Positions 1 through 9,738 of a stretch of DNA of 64,000 bases are shown here, piece after piece. Position 1 is the first letter of the stretch, and every line of letters begins with the position of its first letter. A program made the position numbers and the translations under genes. Origin of the DNA: a phage. The stretch lies in the NCBI GenBank assembly GCA_017864995.1, contig GCA_017864995.1_4097.1. One strand, written 5' to 3'. The notes under the pieces were generated by a model that worked only from the letters and a program-made list of their open reading frames with translations, ran no database searches and was not told the origin of the DNA.

Positions 1-1
1 T

Positions 2-316
2 GGTTGGTACACTGACAGAACCGCTTCGTACTGTATAGATGCTAACTATTTTAAGGGTGGTGATTGTAACCAGTACTTTAATAAATCAAGACGACAGTTG
101 GTGTTTCGTGACCCAACGATTAATCGTCAATATCTATTGGAGAATGGTAAAAGAAATATTGACTATAGACACTTAAGTGTAGTAGAATGTTGTAAATTAC
201 AGGGTATTCCTGTAGATTTCTTTAAAGTGTCTAGTAAGACACAAGCATACAAAATGCTTGGTAATGGATGGACTATGCCAGTTATATCACACTTACTAAG
301 AGAGATATTCTTTTGA
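2..316 (+). CDS. DNA (cytosine-5)-methyltransferase-like protein, C-terminal fragment (5' end outside window)
   Basis: Frame open from window edge to stop at 314-316; motifs ECCKLQGIPVDF and LGNGWTMPV resemble C5-MTase C-terminal motifs (RLQGFPDDF / GNxVxVPV). Confidence 0.5.
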   Translation, partial: GWYTDRTASYCIDANYFKGGDCNQYFNKSRRQLVFRDPTINRQYLLENGKRNIDYRHLSVVECCKLQGIPVDFFKVSSKTQAYKMLGNGWTMPVISHLLREIFF

Positions 317-318
317 AC

Positions 319-798
319 ATGAAGAACTACCCCACCTATACTGAACGTGTAATGAAATTTCAACGTCAGTCATCAAAGGAAGAATTAGAATTTAATTTGT
401 ACTATCCTAATATTGGTGATGAGGTATTCTATTGTTCTCATACAAAGAATGGAACTTTACTTAAATCCGGTAAAGGTATTATTGTTGATATGATTCGCAC
501 TTTCAAAGGTAAACTTAATGTAATGTACAAAGTACAAGATTCAAGTACTGAGTGCATTCATGAAGTGATGCATAATATACCTGCATATCCAAAGGATTTT
601 GTTGAGCTAATATCTCGAAGGGAGAAACCTATGTTTTATTGTGGTTATGACAAACTAACCAAACAAATTATTCCTAATACTATGGGAAAATTTAAAAGTG
701 ATGTTAAAACTGAACTTAATAAGAAATTAGGTTCATCATGGGAAACTGAAAACGAATTCATCGAAATTCGTTTGATTGAAGTTACTATACTCGATTAA
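319..798 (+). CDS. hypothetical protein
   Basis: ATG 3 nt after upstream stop; track ORF 268-798 trimmed to first in-phase ATG after the preceding gene. Confidence 0.6.
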   Translation: MKNYPTYTERVMKFQRQSSKEELEFNLYYPNIGDEVFYCSHTKNGTLLKSGKGIIVDMIRTFKGKLNVMYKVQDSSTECIHEVMHNIPAYPKDFVELISRREKPMFYCGYDKLTKQIIPNTMGKFKSDVKTELNKKLGSSWETENEFIEIRLIEVTILD

Positions 799-804
799 TT
801 ACAG

Positions 805-828
805 ATCCACGCTATGCGTGGATTTTTC
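805..828 (+). terminator. rho-independent terminator
   Basis: Hairpin atccacgc-tat-gcgtggat followed by TTTTT. Confidence 0.6.
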
Positions 829-840
829 ATAGGTGCATAT

Positions 841-1356
841 ATGACCGTTCCTTATGTTAAAATTATTAATAATATCCTTGATTCGTGGGAAGATGTTATT
901 ACTGGTAAAAAGAACCCAATGCCAGTACACGCACTAACCGGAAGACTACAATTCAGAACGTCAAACAAAACTGAAACTTTTAATAATCATGATGTTCACA
1001 TTACTATAAAATCACCTGTACGTATTGTAATTAAAAAAAATCAAGATGATGAATTGACATTATCTATTGGTAGTGATAAAATCATTTTAAGTAATTTATC
1101 CGAAGAAGAATTCTTTCAACGAAGTACTATCATCGACATGAAAGATTTCACATATGAATCATTGGTTGAACTCAATACACGTTTCAACGATATTCAGGAA
1201 CGATTGCGACCAATCCTCCGTAAAGAAGAGGAAGCCTGGAATGAAAGTGTGAGAAAAATGCAAGAAATGTTGAAAGAAAATATTAACAATCTGGGTAAAG
1301 CTACAATGGAATTTGGTAAATCTTTTAAACTGAACTTTTCAAAGGATCGTAAATGA
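841..1356 (+). CDS. hypothetical protein, EEE-x-F-Q-x-S-T-V motif family
   Basis: Track ORF 814 start lies inside the terminator hairpin so internal ATG 841 chosen; contains LSEEEFFQRSTII. Confidence 0.6.
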   Translation: MTVPYVKIINNILDSWEDVITGKKNPMPVHALTGRLQFRTSNKTETFNNHDVHITIKSPVRIVIKKNQDDELTLSIGSDKIILSNLSEEEFFQRSTIIDMKDFTYESLVELNTRFNDIQERLRPILRKEEEAWNESVRKMQEMLKENINNLGKATMEFGKSFKLNFSKDRK

Positions 1357-1808
1357 AAATTGATAATTTGATTCATGTCTTAGGGACTTTACACAAAATA
1401 TTATTACATCTTAACGAGATGAATAAACTAGGTTATAATGTCCATAATGTATTTGAACCTACATTTAAATATAACTCAATCACTGGAGATGGTAATTACA
1501 TAATCGAATATACATATGAAACCGATCCAGACTTCTATCCTCTTACGTTGCGAATTTATCCAACAAGTCCGATAGGCATTCACGATATATCATCAATTTC
1601 ACTTGATCCAGATGGTGAAACGAGTATTGAATACAATAATGATTCAAAACCAGAATTTTACATTGATGATATTAAAAAGTTGTTCAATGATGAATATGTT
1701 TTCCAACAAAGTACTGTGCATGATGTTGGTAGTACTAATGGGCAATTTTGGAATACATGTTATTATCATATGATTGAAATTTGTAAATTACTAAAAGGTG
1801 TTGAATAA
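1353..1808 (+). CDS. hypothetical protein, F-Q-x-S-T-V motif family
   Basis: ATGA start/stop overlap with upstream gene; contains YVFQQSTVHD. Confidence 0.65.
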   Translation: MKIDNLIHVLGTLHKILLHLNEMNKLGYNVHNVFEPTFKYNSITGDGNYIIEYTYETDPDFYPLTLRIYPTSPIGIHDISSISLDPDGETSIEYNNDSKPEFYIDDIKKLFNDEYVFQQSTVHDVGSTNGQFWNTCYYHMIEICKLLKGVE

Positions 1809-2191
1809 TGAAATACTGCATTGAAGTACATTACACTACAGGTGATACTGAAAATTGTTATGACGTTCTTAATACAATTGATATTCAATGGTCTTCTAAA
1901 GAGGAAGCAGTTGCTGCTTTACAGTGCCTAAAAGAGCATTGGGTGTTTTATATGAAGCAAGATAATTGCTATACAAAAGAACACGAAACCATCGTCGAAA
2001 ATGCTAAACAAAAAGAGTGGTTTGACCCAATATCACCAGCATATTCATTCTTGGTTAAAGTTGGCGATGTGACAGTTCCATTACGAACACCGTGGAACGG
2101 CTACTTTGAAACTCTTCATAATGCACGAGTTGTCGCTGTTGATAACCCTGAACAAATCGATTTCGATTCATTGGACTGGAAAAAACTATGA
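1808..2191 (+). CDS. hypothetical protein
   Basis: TAATG overlap with upstream gene; 127 aa ORF. Confidence 0.65.
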   Translation: MKYCIEVHYTTGDTENCYDVLNTIDIQWSSKEEAVAALQCLKEHWVFYMKQDNCYTKEHETIVENAKQKEWFDPISPAYSFLVKVGDVTVPLRTPWNGYFETLHNARVVAVDNPEQIDFDSLDWKKL

Positions 2192-2631
2192 CAGTACTGC
2201 ACCAATTGAAGAAGGTTAAGCATCCAGTTGTATACGAGGATTGGAAACGACAGAAGTTGATGGGTGATTTTTATTTCCCAAAATCTAAAGTTCTTGCGAA
2301 TTCAAGATGTACATATTTCAAACATAATGATAAAGATACAGTATTTGTTGAAATGGGTTTCAATCCATCAAATACAATGTTCACTACTAACCAAACATTT
2401 TACAAATTTCATATCCAAAAAGATTCATTTTCTATCATGATTTTAAAACTTTTAGTTGAAGATCTGCTATACCGTGGTGAACGTGTACCTTTATCATTAG
2501 TGGATATTCCTTATAATAATTTAGAGGAAATGTACTTCCAACAGTTGACAGTACAAGAAAACTTTGGTATGATAGGACTTCAAGAGTTAGAGATGATTAA
2601 GCAAATTCGTGATATCTACTTTAAGGAGTAA
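2188..2631 (+). CDS. hypothetical protein, F-Q motif family (divergent)
   Basis: ATGA overlap; contains LEEMYFQQLTVQE. Confidence 0.65.
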   Translation: MTVLHQLKKVKHPVVYEDWKRQKLMGDFYFPKSKVLANSRCTYFKHNDKDTVFVEMGFNPSNTMFTTNQTFYKFHIQKDSFSIMILKLLVEDLLYRGERVPLSLVDIPYNNLEEMYFQQLTVQENFGMIGLQELEMIKQIRDIYFKE

Positions 2632-2633
2632 CT

Positions 2634-2777
2634 ATGCCAGTACGTAACAGTACTTCACGCTTTACGCTTCAACAGAAAGCAGATCTTTTGAATATGGCAA
2701 ACAAAGATTCTAATTTTCACTATCTAGTACTCGGTGGTTCAGTTGAAAAGATTGACCTACGTGAGTGTATGAAATAA
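2634..2777 (+). CDS. hypothetical small protein (47 aa)
   Basis: Not in track (<60 aa); ATG preceded by GGAG SD, fills gap between genes; hand-translated. Confidence 0.4.
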   Translation: MPVRNSTSRFTLQQKADLLNMANKDSNFHYLVLGGSVEKIDLRECMK

Positions 2778-2790
2778 CAAAGGGGATAAA

Positions 2791-2961
2791 ATGAGCCTAC
2801 GTGAATCATGGGAACAATTTAAAGAAGAGATTGGTTATCGTGGTGTTAAGATTGAACCAATCAATCGTACTGAAAGCATCAAAGCTAGTACTAATGGCAC
2901 TACCTATGATCGTTATGATGAAAAGTATGGTTTACATTCTAAACCAAAGGATACTGAATAA
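2791..2961 (+). CDS. hypothetical small protein (56 aa)
   Basis: Not in track; SD AAAGGGGA upstream of ATG; hand-translated. Confidence 0.4.
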   Translation: MSLRESWEQFKEEIGYRGVKIEPINRTESIKASTNGTTYDRYDEKYGLHSKPKDTE

Positions 2962-3104
2962 TGGTGTATACTAACATTTTTACTGGTATTATGCGTAAGT
3001 TTGTTAATGGTATTGGATATGTATCCAATGACAACGGTAGTACATGGGTAAAAAATAATACGTCCGAATCTTTAGTGAAAAGTCTTCCGTATTATAAAGC
3101 TTGA
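2961..3104 (+). CDS. hypothetical small protein (47 aa)
   Basis: Not in track; TAATG overlap with preceding small ORF; hand-translated. Confidence 0.35.
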   Translation: MVYTNIFTGIMRKFVNGIGYVSNDNGSTWVKNNTSESLVKSLPYYKA

Positions 3105-3129
3105 CACATGAAAATGGAGTATGTATAAT
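3101..3129 (+). promoter_or_regulatory. sigma70-type promoter (TTGACA-17-TATAAT)
   Basis: Perfect -35 TTGACA at 3101 and -10 TATAAT at 3124 with TG immediately upstream. Confidence 0.65.
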
Positions 3130-3146
3130 ACTCCTATATTAATCAA

Positions 3147-3734
3147 ATGAGGATATACGAAATGGCTGGTGTTGATAAAATTTGTGAATTCAGTGGAGAT
3201 TATGAAGGTTACGAAATGTACAAGTCCAAGCGTAATCACATTCAAGTTCTGTCAAAGTACCGTAAAGAATTCCGAGGACACAAAGCAACATTGTATGTTT
3301 TTGAGAATGGATATTCTGAAGTTTTCACAAGTGGTGGGTATAGTACAGCTAACATGGCACATATCAACCCAAACCCAACTGAAGATGATTGGAATAGTGG
3401 TAACGCTTTTCGTATTTCAATTTTGAATAAAATGAATCGTTACGACCGTTATTGTACATTCTTTGAAAATATTTCAGAATACAAGCAAGCATTAAAGAAA
3501 TATAATCAACGCTTACTAATGAATTATGATTACATTCTTCATGTTCCTACTGTTCCAGGTCAGGTTAATGGTCTGTATACGAACAGTACACATGATTTAA
3601 CTGCGGTGAAGCGTCGCCTCAAACGTATGTTGGGTTGTGGTAATTTAACAATCAAGGTTATGCGTAATGAATCAATGTATAACTTTTTAAATGTACTACA
3701 CTACACATTGAAGGATAATAATGGAAACGATTAA
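3147..3734 (+). CDS. hypothetical protein
   Basis: 195 aa ORF; start may be ATG 3162 which has a better GAGG SD. Confidence 0.65.
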   Translation: MRIYEMAGVDKICEFSGDYEGYEMYKSKRNHIQVLSKYRKEFRGHKATLYVFENGYSEVFTSGGYSTANMAHINPNPTEDDWNSGNAFRISILNKMNRYDRYCTFFENISEYKQALKKYNQRLLMNYDYILHVPTVPGQVNGLYTNSTHDLTAVKRRLKRMLGCGNLTIKVMRNESMYNFLNVLHYTLKDNNGND

Positions 3735-3918
3735 GTTTATGTTTGAGGTGTTTGTTGCATTCATCTTATGTGCTGTATCTATTGCTATTGCTTTAATCCC
3801 AGTAATCGTTTACCAAGTTAATGGTGGTACAGACCAAACAGTTGATCTGTTTCTTCGTTGCGTGGGATTCTGCATATGGTTGGCGATGTTTATGTACTAT
3901 ATGCATCGTGAGGATTGA
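3721..3918 (+). CDS. small membrane protein
   Basis: Hydrophobic 65 aa ORF with two predicted TM segments; overlaps neighbours by a few nt. Confidence 0.55.
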   Translation: METIKFMFEVFVAFILCAVSIAIALIPVIVYQVNGGTDQTVDLFLRCVGFCIWLAMFMYYMHRED

Positions 3919-4751
3919 TTATGTCATTGGAAAAAGTAATTATTTCTGAATTCCGAAAGTACATCATTGATTGTGATAGAGATACCCAGCGTAAGTTCAA
4001 TGAGTATCTTGACAAATATCCATATTTGATGTTTAATCCATTTGAAACTCAATCCGATGTTAATCTTGGATTTTACATTGGGTTTACACAACGAATTCTA
4101 CAACAATATGAGATGAAACAGCCAGAGGTTTGGGTAGAAACTGATTCGAATGAGACGAATGTTTTTTATCTGTACTCTTATTATGCTGAAATTGTTAGTT
4201 CAATGACGCTAGAAGGGTATCTATTCGTCAAAACATCTGATATTGAAAAAATATACATAGAACCTGTATCTTTGGATATGGTTGCCCAGCTTCCAACAGT
4301 TCAATATTTGGATGCAAATGAGTTGACATATTCGGTGTTTGAGTACCTTAACCGAGACGATTTAACTCAAGAAATTGAGAATATGGTTTCAAAATATACC
4401 ACAACTCTTATATCTAATGGTTCACTTAGAATAGAACTGATTTACGACGATACTAGTACTAATGCAGTACGAGGAATTCGAATTGGAAAAGTTACTATAC
4501 GTGTTGTCCACAATGATGTAGTACTTGGTTATATTTCGAAACGTGGTCATGACTTGTGTTTGATTAACACATATGTTATTGAACGAAAAGAATGGAACGA
4601 TTTAATGCAAAAAATCGTAGACGGAAGTGGAATTCGTGATATAATGTGTAATGAGGTAGTGACAATGAATCCTGACATTGACTGTGATGTATATTTCCCA
4701 GTTCCTGGATTTACTCTACGTAATTTTGGTACATTAAAGGGTACAAAATGA
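3915..4751 (+). CDS. hypothetical protein
   Basis: 278 aa ORF; ATGA overlaps at both ends. Confidence 0.7.
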   Translation: MIMSLEKVIISEFRKYIIDCDRDTQRKFNEYLDKYPYLMFNPFETQSDVNLGFYIGFTQRILQQYEMKQPEVWVETDSNETNVFYLYSYYAEIVSSMTLEGYLFVKTSDIEKIYIEPVSLDMVAQLPTVQYLDANELTYSVFEYLNRDDLTQEIENMVSKYTTTLISNGSLRIELIYDDTSTNAVRGIRIGKVTIRVVHNDVVLGYISKRGHDLCLINTYVIERKEWNDLMQKIVDGSGIRDIMCNEVVTMNPDIDCDVYFPVPGFTLRNFGTLKGTK

Positions 4752-5038
4752 AAATTTTAGAAGTCTTACTTGAAAAGGATGCATCCGGCACTCTTTATGT
4801 TGGTAATGAGTTCAGTCCTGACCCAATTGATATGATGCAGCGTATTCAAACACTGACCCAATCAATTTCAGTTAAACAACCTTTCCTAAAAGAATTGGAA
4901 ATTCACTGCGATAAAGATATGGAACAACATGATAATGTTATTTCTGATATCAAAAGTCTATTGACAAAGAATGGATATGTGGAGTATAATCCTTCTATCG
5001 TAATCGTTATCCCTGACTTTATGAAAGGAACATTGTAA
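4748..5038 (+). CDS. hypothetical protein
   Basis: 96 aa ORF; ATGA overlap. Confidence 0.65.
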   Translation: MKILEVLLEKDASGTLYVGNEFSPDPIDMMQRIQTLTQSISVKQPFLKELEIHCDKDMEQHDNVISDIKSLLTKNGYVEYNPSIVIVIPDFMKGTL

Positions 5039-5307
5039 TGACTAAAGAAGAAATGAAATCTCGCCTAAGCGAACTTAAGAAAGAACGAAAACTAGTCCGT
5101 TTGGACTGGGACATTCTTAACAAAAAAGATGAGCAATCATATGCTAACTGGAGTTCCGATAAAGTTCGCAATGACCGTTCCAAAGAAGACGCTAAACAGT
5201 TTATGGCATTGACCAAACGTTTATCTTCACTGAATAGTGAAATTACAGGTCTTCAAAAGGAAATTATTTCAATTCTTCAAGTGGAGATCAACTCACTGTA
5301 TGAATAA
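5038..5307 (+). CDS. hypothetical protein (coiled-coil-like)
   Basis: 89 aa ORF, K/E-rich heptad-like sequence. Confidence 0.6.
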   Translation: MTKEEMKSRLSELKKERKLVRLDWDILNKKDEQSYANWSSDKVRNDRSKEDAKQFMALTKRLSSLNSEITGLQKEIISILQVEINSLYE

Positions 5308-5596
5308 ACATGAAGTGATTCATTTTGATGGTAAGATTTATGTACCAAACAATGATAGTACTGAATCTTATTATCTAATCAATGCAATTATGTCAGAAAC
5401 ACAAACATGTTGCCGTCAGCGTCCAGGTGAGTATGAGTTCAGTCAGACCATTGGTTATTATCGTTATACTGAACTTGATAAATTTACAATCGATTCTAAA
5501 AAAGTTATTGACGTTCTCACGAAGAACGGATATAATGAATCCGAATCAAACGAAACAGAGTTACCAGTCGTGAAATTTGTTCTAAAAAATAATTAA
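5300..5596 (+). CDS. hypothetical protein
   Basis: Track ORF 5237-5596 trimmed to ATG 5300 overlapping upstream stop. Confidence 0.55.
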   Translation: MNKHEVIHFDGKIYVPNNDSTESYYLINAIMSETQTCCRQRPGEYEFSQTIGYYRYTELDKFTIDSKKVIDVLTKNGYNESESNETELPVVKFVLKNN

Positions 5597-5599
5597 TTT

Positions 5600-5629
5600 T
5601 TGGGACAACGCTGAAAAGCATGATATAAT
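5600..5629 (+). promoter_or_regulatory. sigma70-type promoter (TTGGGA ... TATAAT)
   Basis: TTGGGAcaacgctgaaaagcatgaTATAAT; same architecture as the promoter at 10015. Confidence 0.45.
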
Positions 5630-5663
5630 GTATATTATCGGCAGATGTAAAAATGCAAACCAT

Positions 5664-5685
5664 TCCTCAATGATGAGGGTTTTTC
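5664..5685 (+). terminator. putative terminator hairpin
   Basis: Stem tcctca/tgaggg with loop atga followed by TTTT. Confidence 0.4.
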
Positions 5686-5713
5686 ATAAAAAAGAAATAA
5701 AAGGGTATTAAAA

Positions 5714-5923
5714 ATGGCTAAAGAAACTAACGCACAAGTACTAGATATCACCGACTTCGACCGCACTGTGAACTACATTCAGTTCCAGATTCATCAAGCT
5801 GAAGAAGCTCTCGCAGTATTCCACGGTACTGGTGCAAGGCCAATCCGTTTTGCTCATCTAATTGCATGGAAGAAAAGTCTACAAGAAGAACTTTCTGAAC
5901 TGCGTAAAGCAAACCGTAAGTAA
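5714..5923 (+). CDS. hypothetical protein
   Basis: 69 aa ORF between terminators, SD AAAAGGG upstream. Confidence 0.6.
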   Translation: MAKETNAQVLDITDFDRTVNYIQFQIHQAEEALAVFHGTGARPIRFAHLIAWKKSLQEELSELRKANRK

Positions 5924-5933
5924 TTGATTTCCC

Positions 5934-5961
5934 GCCTCATCAATGTTGATGGGGCTTTTTT
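5934..5961 (+). terminator. rho-independent terminator
   Basis: 9-bp stem gcctcatca/tgatggggc followed by TTTTTT. Confidence 0.6.
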
Positions 5962-5988
5962 AATAAAATACAAACTGAGGATATATTA

Positions 5989-6495
5989 ATGAGTGTTGAA
6001 TATTGGTTTTTGTTTATATGTCTTGGTACACTAGTACTGATTACATTGGGCTTAATCTTCAATACGGTAATCAGTGGTAGTAATTACTTCAAGTCCTTTC
6101 AACTTCTAATGTCAGCTATGCAGTACAGTGACGAGGCAGAAGAAACCACTACGTTGATTTTGAATAAACTTGAAGCTAACTTACTGGTTGCTAAAATTTC
6201 TTCGTGTAATACAAATATTGTATTTTATGCATCACCCGTGGACATTAATGGGTACGAAATGAGTTACCAACCAGCCGTTGCTGAAATTTTTATTGGTTCT
6301 AAGTATTATGCATATGGATATATCCGAAAGTATTATACTGAAGCAAAAGCCGAGCTAACAAAGAAACGACCGTCAATTAAGACATTAAAGCGTATCATCG
6401 CACTAGAAAAGAAACTACGAGGTGATGTGACAAAAAATGATTCACCCACTGTAGTAAATACAAAGAAAAAAAATAACGTAGTGGAGTTGGATTAA
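5989..6495 (+). CDS. membrane-anchored hypothetical protein
   Basis: 168 aa ORF with N-terminal hydrophobic segment (FLFICLGTLVLITLGLIF). Confidence 0.65.
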   Translation: MSVEYWFLFICLGTLVLITLGLIFNTVISGSNYFKSFQLLMSAMQYSDEAEETTTLILNKLEANLLVAKISSCNTNIVFYASPVDINGYEMSYQPAVAEIFIGSKYYAYGYIRKYYTEAKAELTKKRPSIKTLKRIIALEKKLRGDVTKNDSPTVVNTKKKNNVVELD

Positions 6496-6800
6496 TGGAC
6501 GCAGATAAATCAAACAGTATTCTTATTGATGTACAAACGAAGTTATTAGATGTTATGGAAATCATCAAAGATTTACCACAAGGATATCAGTTTAAAGTTC
6601 GTGAAATGTTATCTTGTGCAGAAACGGTTGTGTCTATGTACAATGATGTGCAGCATGGAATTATCCCTGAAATTCTTCAAGATGGTCTAAATATTAACAC
6701 AAAGATTCCAGCACAAGAGCCTGAAGAGGTTGTTCAGCCTGAACCAGAACCTCCTATACGTAAAGTACTGGATCTATCTGGGATTAAAATTAACATCTAA
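6495..6800 (+). CDS. hypothetical protein
   Basis: 101 aa ORF, acidic PEPEP-rich C-terminus; TAATG overlap. Confidence 0.6.
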   Translation: MDADKSNSILIDVQTKLLDVMEIIKDLPQGYQFKVREMLSCAETVVSMYNDVQHGIIPEILQDGLNINTKIPAQEPEEVVQPEPEPPIRKVLDLSGIKINI

Positions 6801-6824
6801 AAAATACAATCAATAGGAGAAGTA

Positions 6825-6974
6825 ATGAGTAATCAAAAAATCGACTTAGTAGTAAAACTTCAAGAGATTCAAGCACTAGCTAAAGACCTTGATGAAAAAC
6901 ATGCAGCAGCAGTTGATTCACTGTGTGCAACAATCCTGACTGTTTTTACAGATTACGAAAAGAAATCTGATTAA
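6825..6974 (+). CDS. hypothetical small protein (49 aa)
   Basis: Not in track; strong SD AGGAGA 6 nt upstream of ATG; followed by terminator. Confidence 0.45.
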   Translation: MSNQKIDLVVKLQEIQALAKDLDEKHAAAVDSLCATILTVFTDYEKKSD

Positions 6975-6987
6975 ACATTACTTTATG

Positions 6988-7014
6988 CCCAGTCTAGTAC
7001 TGGGTATTTTTTTT
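6988..7014 (+). terminator. rho-independent terminator
   Basis: Hairpin cccagt-ctagt-actggg followed by a T-run of about 9. Confidence 0.6.
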
Positions 7015-7025
7015 AAGGAAATAAA

Positions 7026-7418
7026 ATGACTGAATCAGAACTACACGAAATGATAGATTTCATTTATGAAATGGTGCAAGATAAAAATAACATTAATACA
7101 ATTACTACTGGACCAAGACAAATTGGTAACCAAATGACATATTCGTTGTCCTTATGGTTACACCCGAACTTCAAGGTTGATTGTTTGTATTTTCGTCCTG
7201 ATATTGATGCTTATTATTTTGTAAATCATGATGCATTAATGAAACCAAATAAGCGTCCAGTTGATGATGCCTTTGTGACGCACCCATTTTATCTGGCTGA
7301 TTCCGAAGAAGATGAGTTTCAAAAGAACACAACGTTAAGCCCAGGTGAAATTTGCATCCCTTACACACTAAAAGATAAAATGATTTACATCACAGAAGTT
7401 ATGAAAACATGCTGGTAA
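7026..7418 (+). CDS. hypothetical protein, F-Q motif family (divergent)
   Basis: 130 aa ORF; contains SEEDEFQKNTTLS. Confidence 0.65.
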   Translation: MTESELHEMIDFIYEMVQDKNNINTITTGPRQIGNQMTYSLSLWLHPNFKVDCLYFRPDIDAYYFVNHDALMKPNKRPVDDAFVTHPFYLADSEEDEFQKNTTLSPGEICIPYTLKDKMIYITEVMKTCW

Positions 7419-7466
7419 GTGCAATGAAACTCTGATATAATACAAATAATGATAATAGGAGGATAT

Positions 7467-7685
7467 ATGAAATTTATTAATTTTGATATTTCTAAGGTCA
7501 AAGAATTATTTGTAAGAAATGCAGTTTATGATATCATGTTACATAACGGTACTGTACAAGAAGATGTTGTATTGTTTTCGTTTGATGGTGAAAATCTCGA
7601 AACTATATATAAATTCAGCAACTTAGATGGTGACTTTTGGGAAACCAGTGCTGTTAAAATGTATAGAATTAAAAAGGAGCATTAA
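7467..7685 (+). CDS. hypothetical protein
   Basis: Track ORF 7449 trimmed to ATG 7467 which has SD TAGGAGGA. Confidence 0.55.
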   Translation: MKFINFDISKVKELFVRNAVYDIMLHNGTVQEDVVLFSFDGENLETIYKFSNLDGDFWETSAVKMYRIKKEH

Positions 7686-7686
7686 T

Positions 7687-8175
7687 ATGCCAATTCGTGG
7701 TGTACCAGAACCATTAATGGAAGTTATTAAGCATGTTCGCATTGGAGATCGAGAAGTTAATCTTCGCCGTAATAACATTTTTTACTTTAAAACTTCAGAA
7801 ATGAGTTCTGTACAGATTGTCATTGGTACATCTATTAAGATTACTCGTGTACTTGATGGTAGTACTGACTTCGTTGAATATAATGTACTTACTAATAAAG
7901 TAACGCATATATATAAATGGAGTGGGTATAAAACTATTAAGTATGAATTTGACTTAGCTAGAACTGAAGAAGAACGATTTATGCTGAGTACTATCAATCC
8001 AGCAAACTATCCTGACCTTGATGCATTTTTGCTAATTTTAAAATTGTATAATGAAGCAAATCAGAAAGCCAAAGATTATGATAGAATCATGTATGAACGC
8101 CGAAAAGAACGTGCACAAAAAAGTTATGATCTGTATGATAGCCCATACGTGAAATATAGTAAGGGGTCGAAATGA
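7687..8175 (+). CDS. hypothetical protein, F-Q motif family (divergent)
   Basis: Track ORF 7627 trimmed to ATG 7687 (SD AAGGAG); contains TEEERFMLSTINP. Confidence 0.6.
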   Translation: MPIRGVPEPLMEVIKHVRIGDREVNLRRNNIFYFKTSEMSSVQIVIGTSIKITRVLDGSTDFVEYNVLTNKVTHIYKWSGYKTIKYEFDLARTEEERFMLSTINPANYPDLDAFLLILKLYNEANQKAKDYDRIMYERRKERAQKSYDLYDSPYVKYSKGSK

Positions 8176-8576
8176 ATAAAGAAGTTCAAATTATCATAAC
8201 TCCACCTATACAAAGTCTGGATGTATCCATTAGTGATTTTTTGGAAAAATACTATGAATGGTTTAATGAAGATTCAGTAATTTATAACCATTCATTACCT
8301 GATGGTTTCGTTGAGCTTATTGAATTAAATGCAAAATCACTATACTTCTGTGTTGAATACAATGATTATATGACAGATGAAGCATATCGTTTTCGTTGTA
8401 CATTGTATCCTAACCATTTTTCCATTGGTTATAAAGACTATCAGTACTGCACCACAAACTATAGTGTAGAGGAAGAATTTCAGTACAATTTACTTTATCC
8501 TGATTTAGATTATACGATTGCAGTACTGTTGACTAAAATCATGGATTTTTATAAAGATAAATATAATGCAGCCTAA
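8172..8576 (+). CDS. hypothetical protein, F-Q motif family (divergent)
   Basis: ATGA overlap; contains VEEEFQYNLLYPD. Confidence 0.65.
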   Translation: MNKEVQIIITPPIQSLDVSISDFLEKYYEWFNEDSVIYNHSLPDGFVELIELNAKSLYFCVEYNDYMTDEAYRFRCTLYPNHFSIGYKDYQYCTTNYSVEEEFQYNLLYPDLDYTIAVLLTKIMDFYKDKYNAA

Positions 8577-8751
8577 GACATTTGATGAGTGGTTTAATCT
8601 ACACTATAATATAAATGCAGCAGATATATACTATTTTAAGCTTGAATTGTATATATCATTGCGTAACCCAATTGAGTACTATAACAACATTATCAATTGT
8701 GATGATTTTGGTACATATTTTAGTATAGCAGTCATGGACAAAATAAGATGA
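8566..8751 (+). CDS. hypothetical protein
   Basis: 61 aa ORF overlapping neighbours. Confidence 0.45.
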   Translation: MQPKTFDEWFNLHYNINAADIYYFKLELYISLRNPIEYYNNIINCDDFGTYFSIAVMDKIR

Positions 8752-8918
8752 CACACAAAGAATGGTTAGATGAACTAAAATTTAAACATAATCCTTTTGG
8801 TTTTGGTATACGCCAAGGTCATTATGATGTGTTAAAAGATAAACAACTTTTCAAATCATTTGTACTTGATGAGGATAGTAATCACTGGTACATCTATGAG
8901 CTTGCAATTAGGAAATAG
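8748..8918 (+). CDS. hypothetical small protein, MTHxEW family
   Basis: Not in track; begins MTHKEWLDELKF like the tandem MTHEEW ORFs at 10252-10738; ATGA overlap. Confidence 0.45.
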   Translation: MTHKEWLDELKFKHNPFGFGIRQGHYDVLKDKQLFKSFVLDEDSNHWYIYELAIRK

Positions 8919-8928
8919 AAGATATAGT

Positions 8929-9277
<349 letters not shown>

Positions 9278-9290
9278 CGAGGAATCCAAA

Positions 9291-9488
9291 GTGACTAAAG
9301 CAGAACTTGTAGCATTATTGGAATCATATCCCGATGATGCATGTATTGAAGTTGTTCATAGTGCGAGACATTTTGACATTGAAGATGTAGTACGTTATAA
9401 TGACAAAGGTGTACTCATCATGGAACTATGTATTGGTGAAATGAAAACTGTACCCGAATCAGAAAAACGTAAAAATAGTAAACCGTAA
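9291..9488 (+). CDS. hypothetical protein
   Basis: 65 aa ORF with GTG start preceded by GAGGAA SD. Confidence 0.55.
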   Translation: MTKAELVALLESYPDDACIEVVHSARHFDIEDVVRYNDKGVLIMELCIGEMKTVPESEKRKNSKP

Positions 9489-9498
9489 GGAAAATAAA

Positions 9499-9717
9499 AT
9501 GGAATCTACTCTATTAGAAGTTATTAACTCATTAAACGCTGGCGACAATGTTCAAGTACTCCTTCAGGGATACCGTGTAAAAGGTTCAGTAGTTTTAGTT
9601 AATGACACCACTGTTGTTGTAACTGAAACTAACCCGTTTGACAGTAATGAACTTGCTAATATCCATATTGATATTAAAAGTATTATTGGTGTTGGTGTAA
9701 CTAAACCACAAGAATAA
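9499..9717 (+). CDS. hypothetical protein
   Basis: 72 aa ORF, SD AAGGAAA upstream. Confidence 0.6.
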   Translation: MESTLLEVINSLNAGDNVQVLLQGYRVKGSVVLVNDTTVVVTETNPFDSNELANIHIDIKSIIGVGVTKPQE

Positions 9718-9738
9718 CAATTGTTATTGGGGATTACT

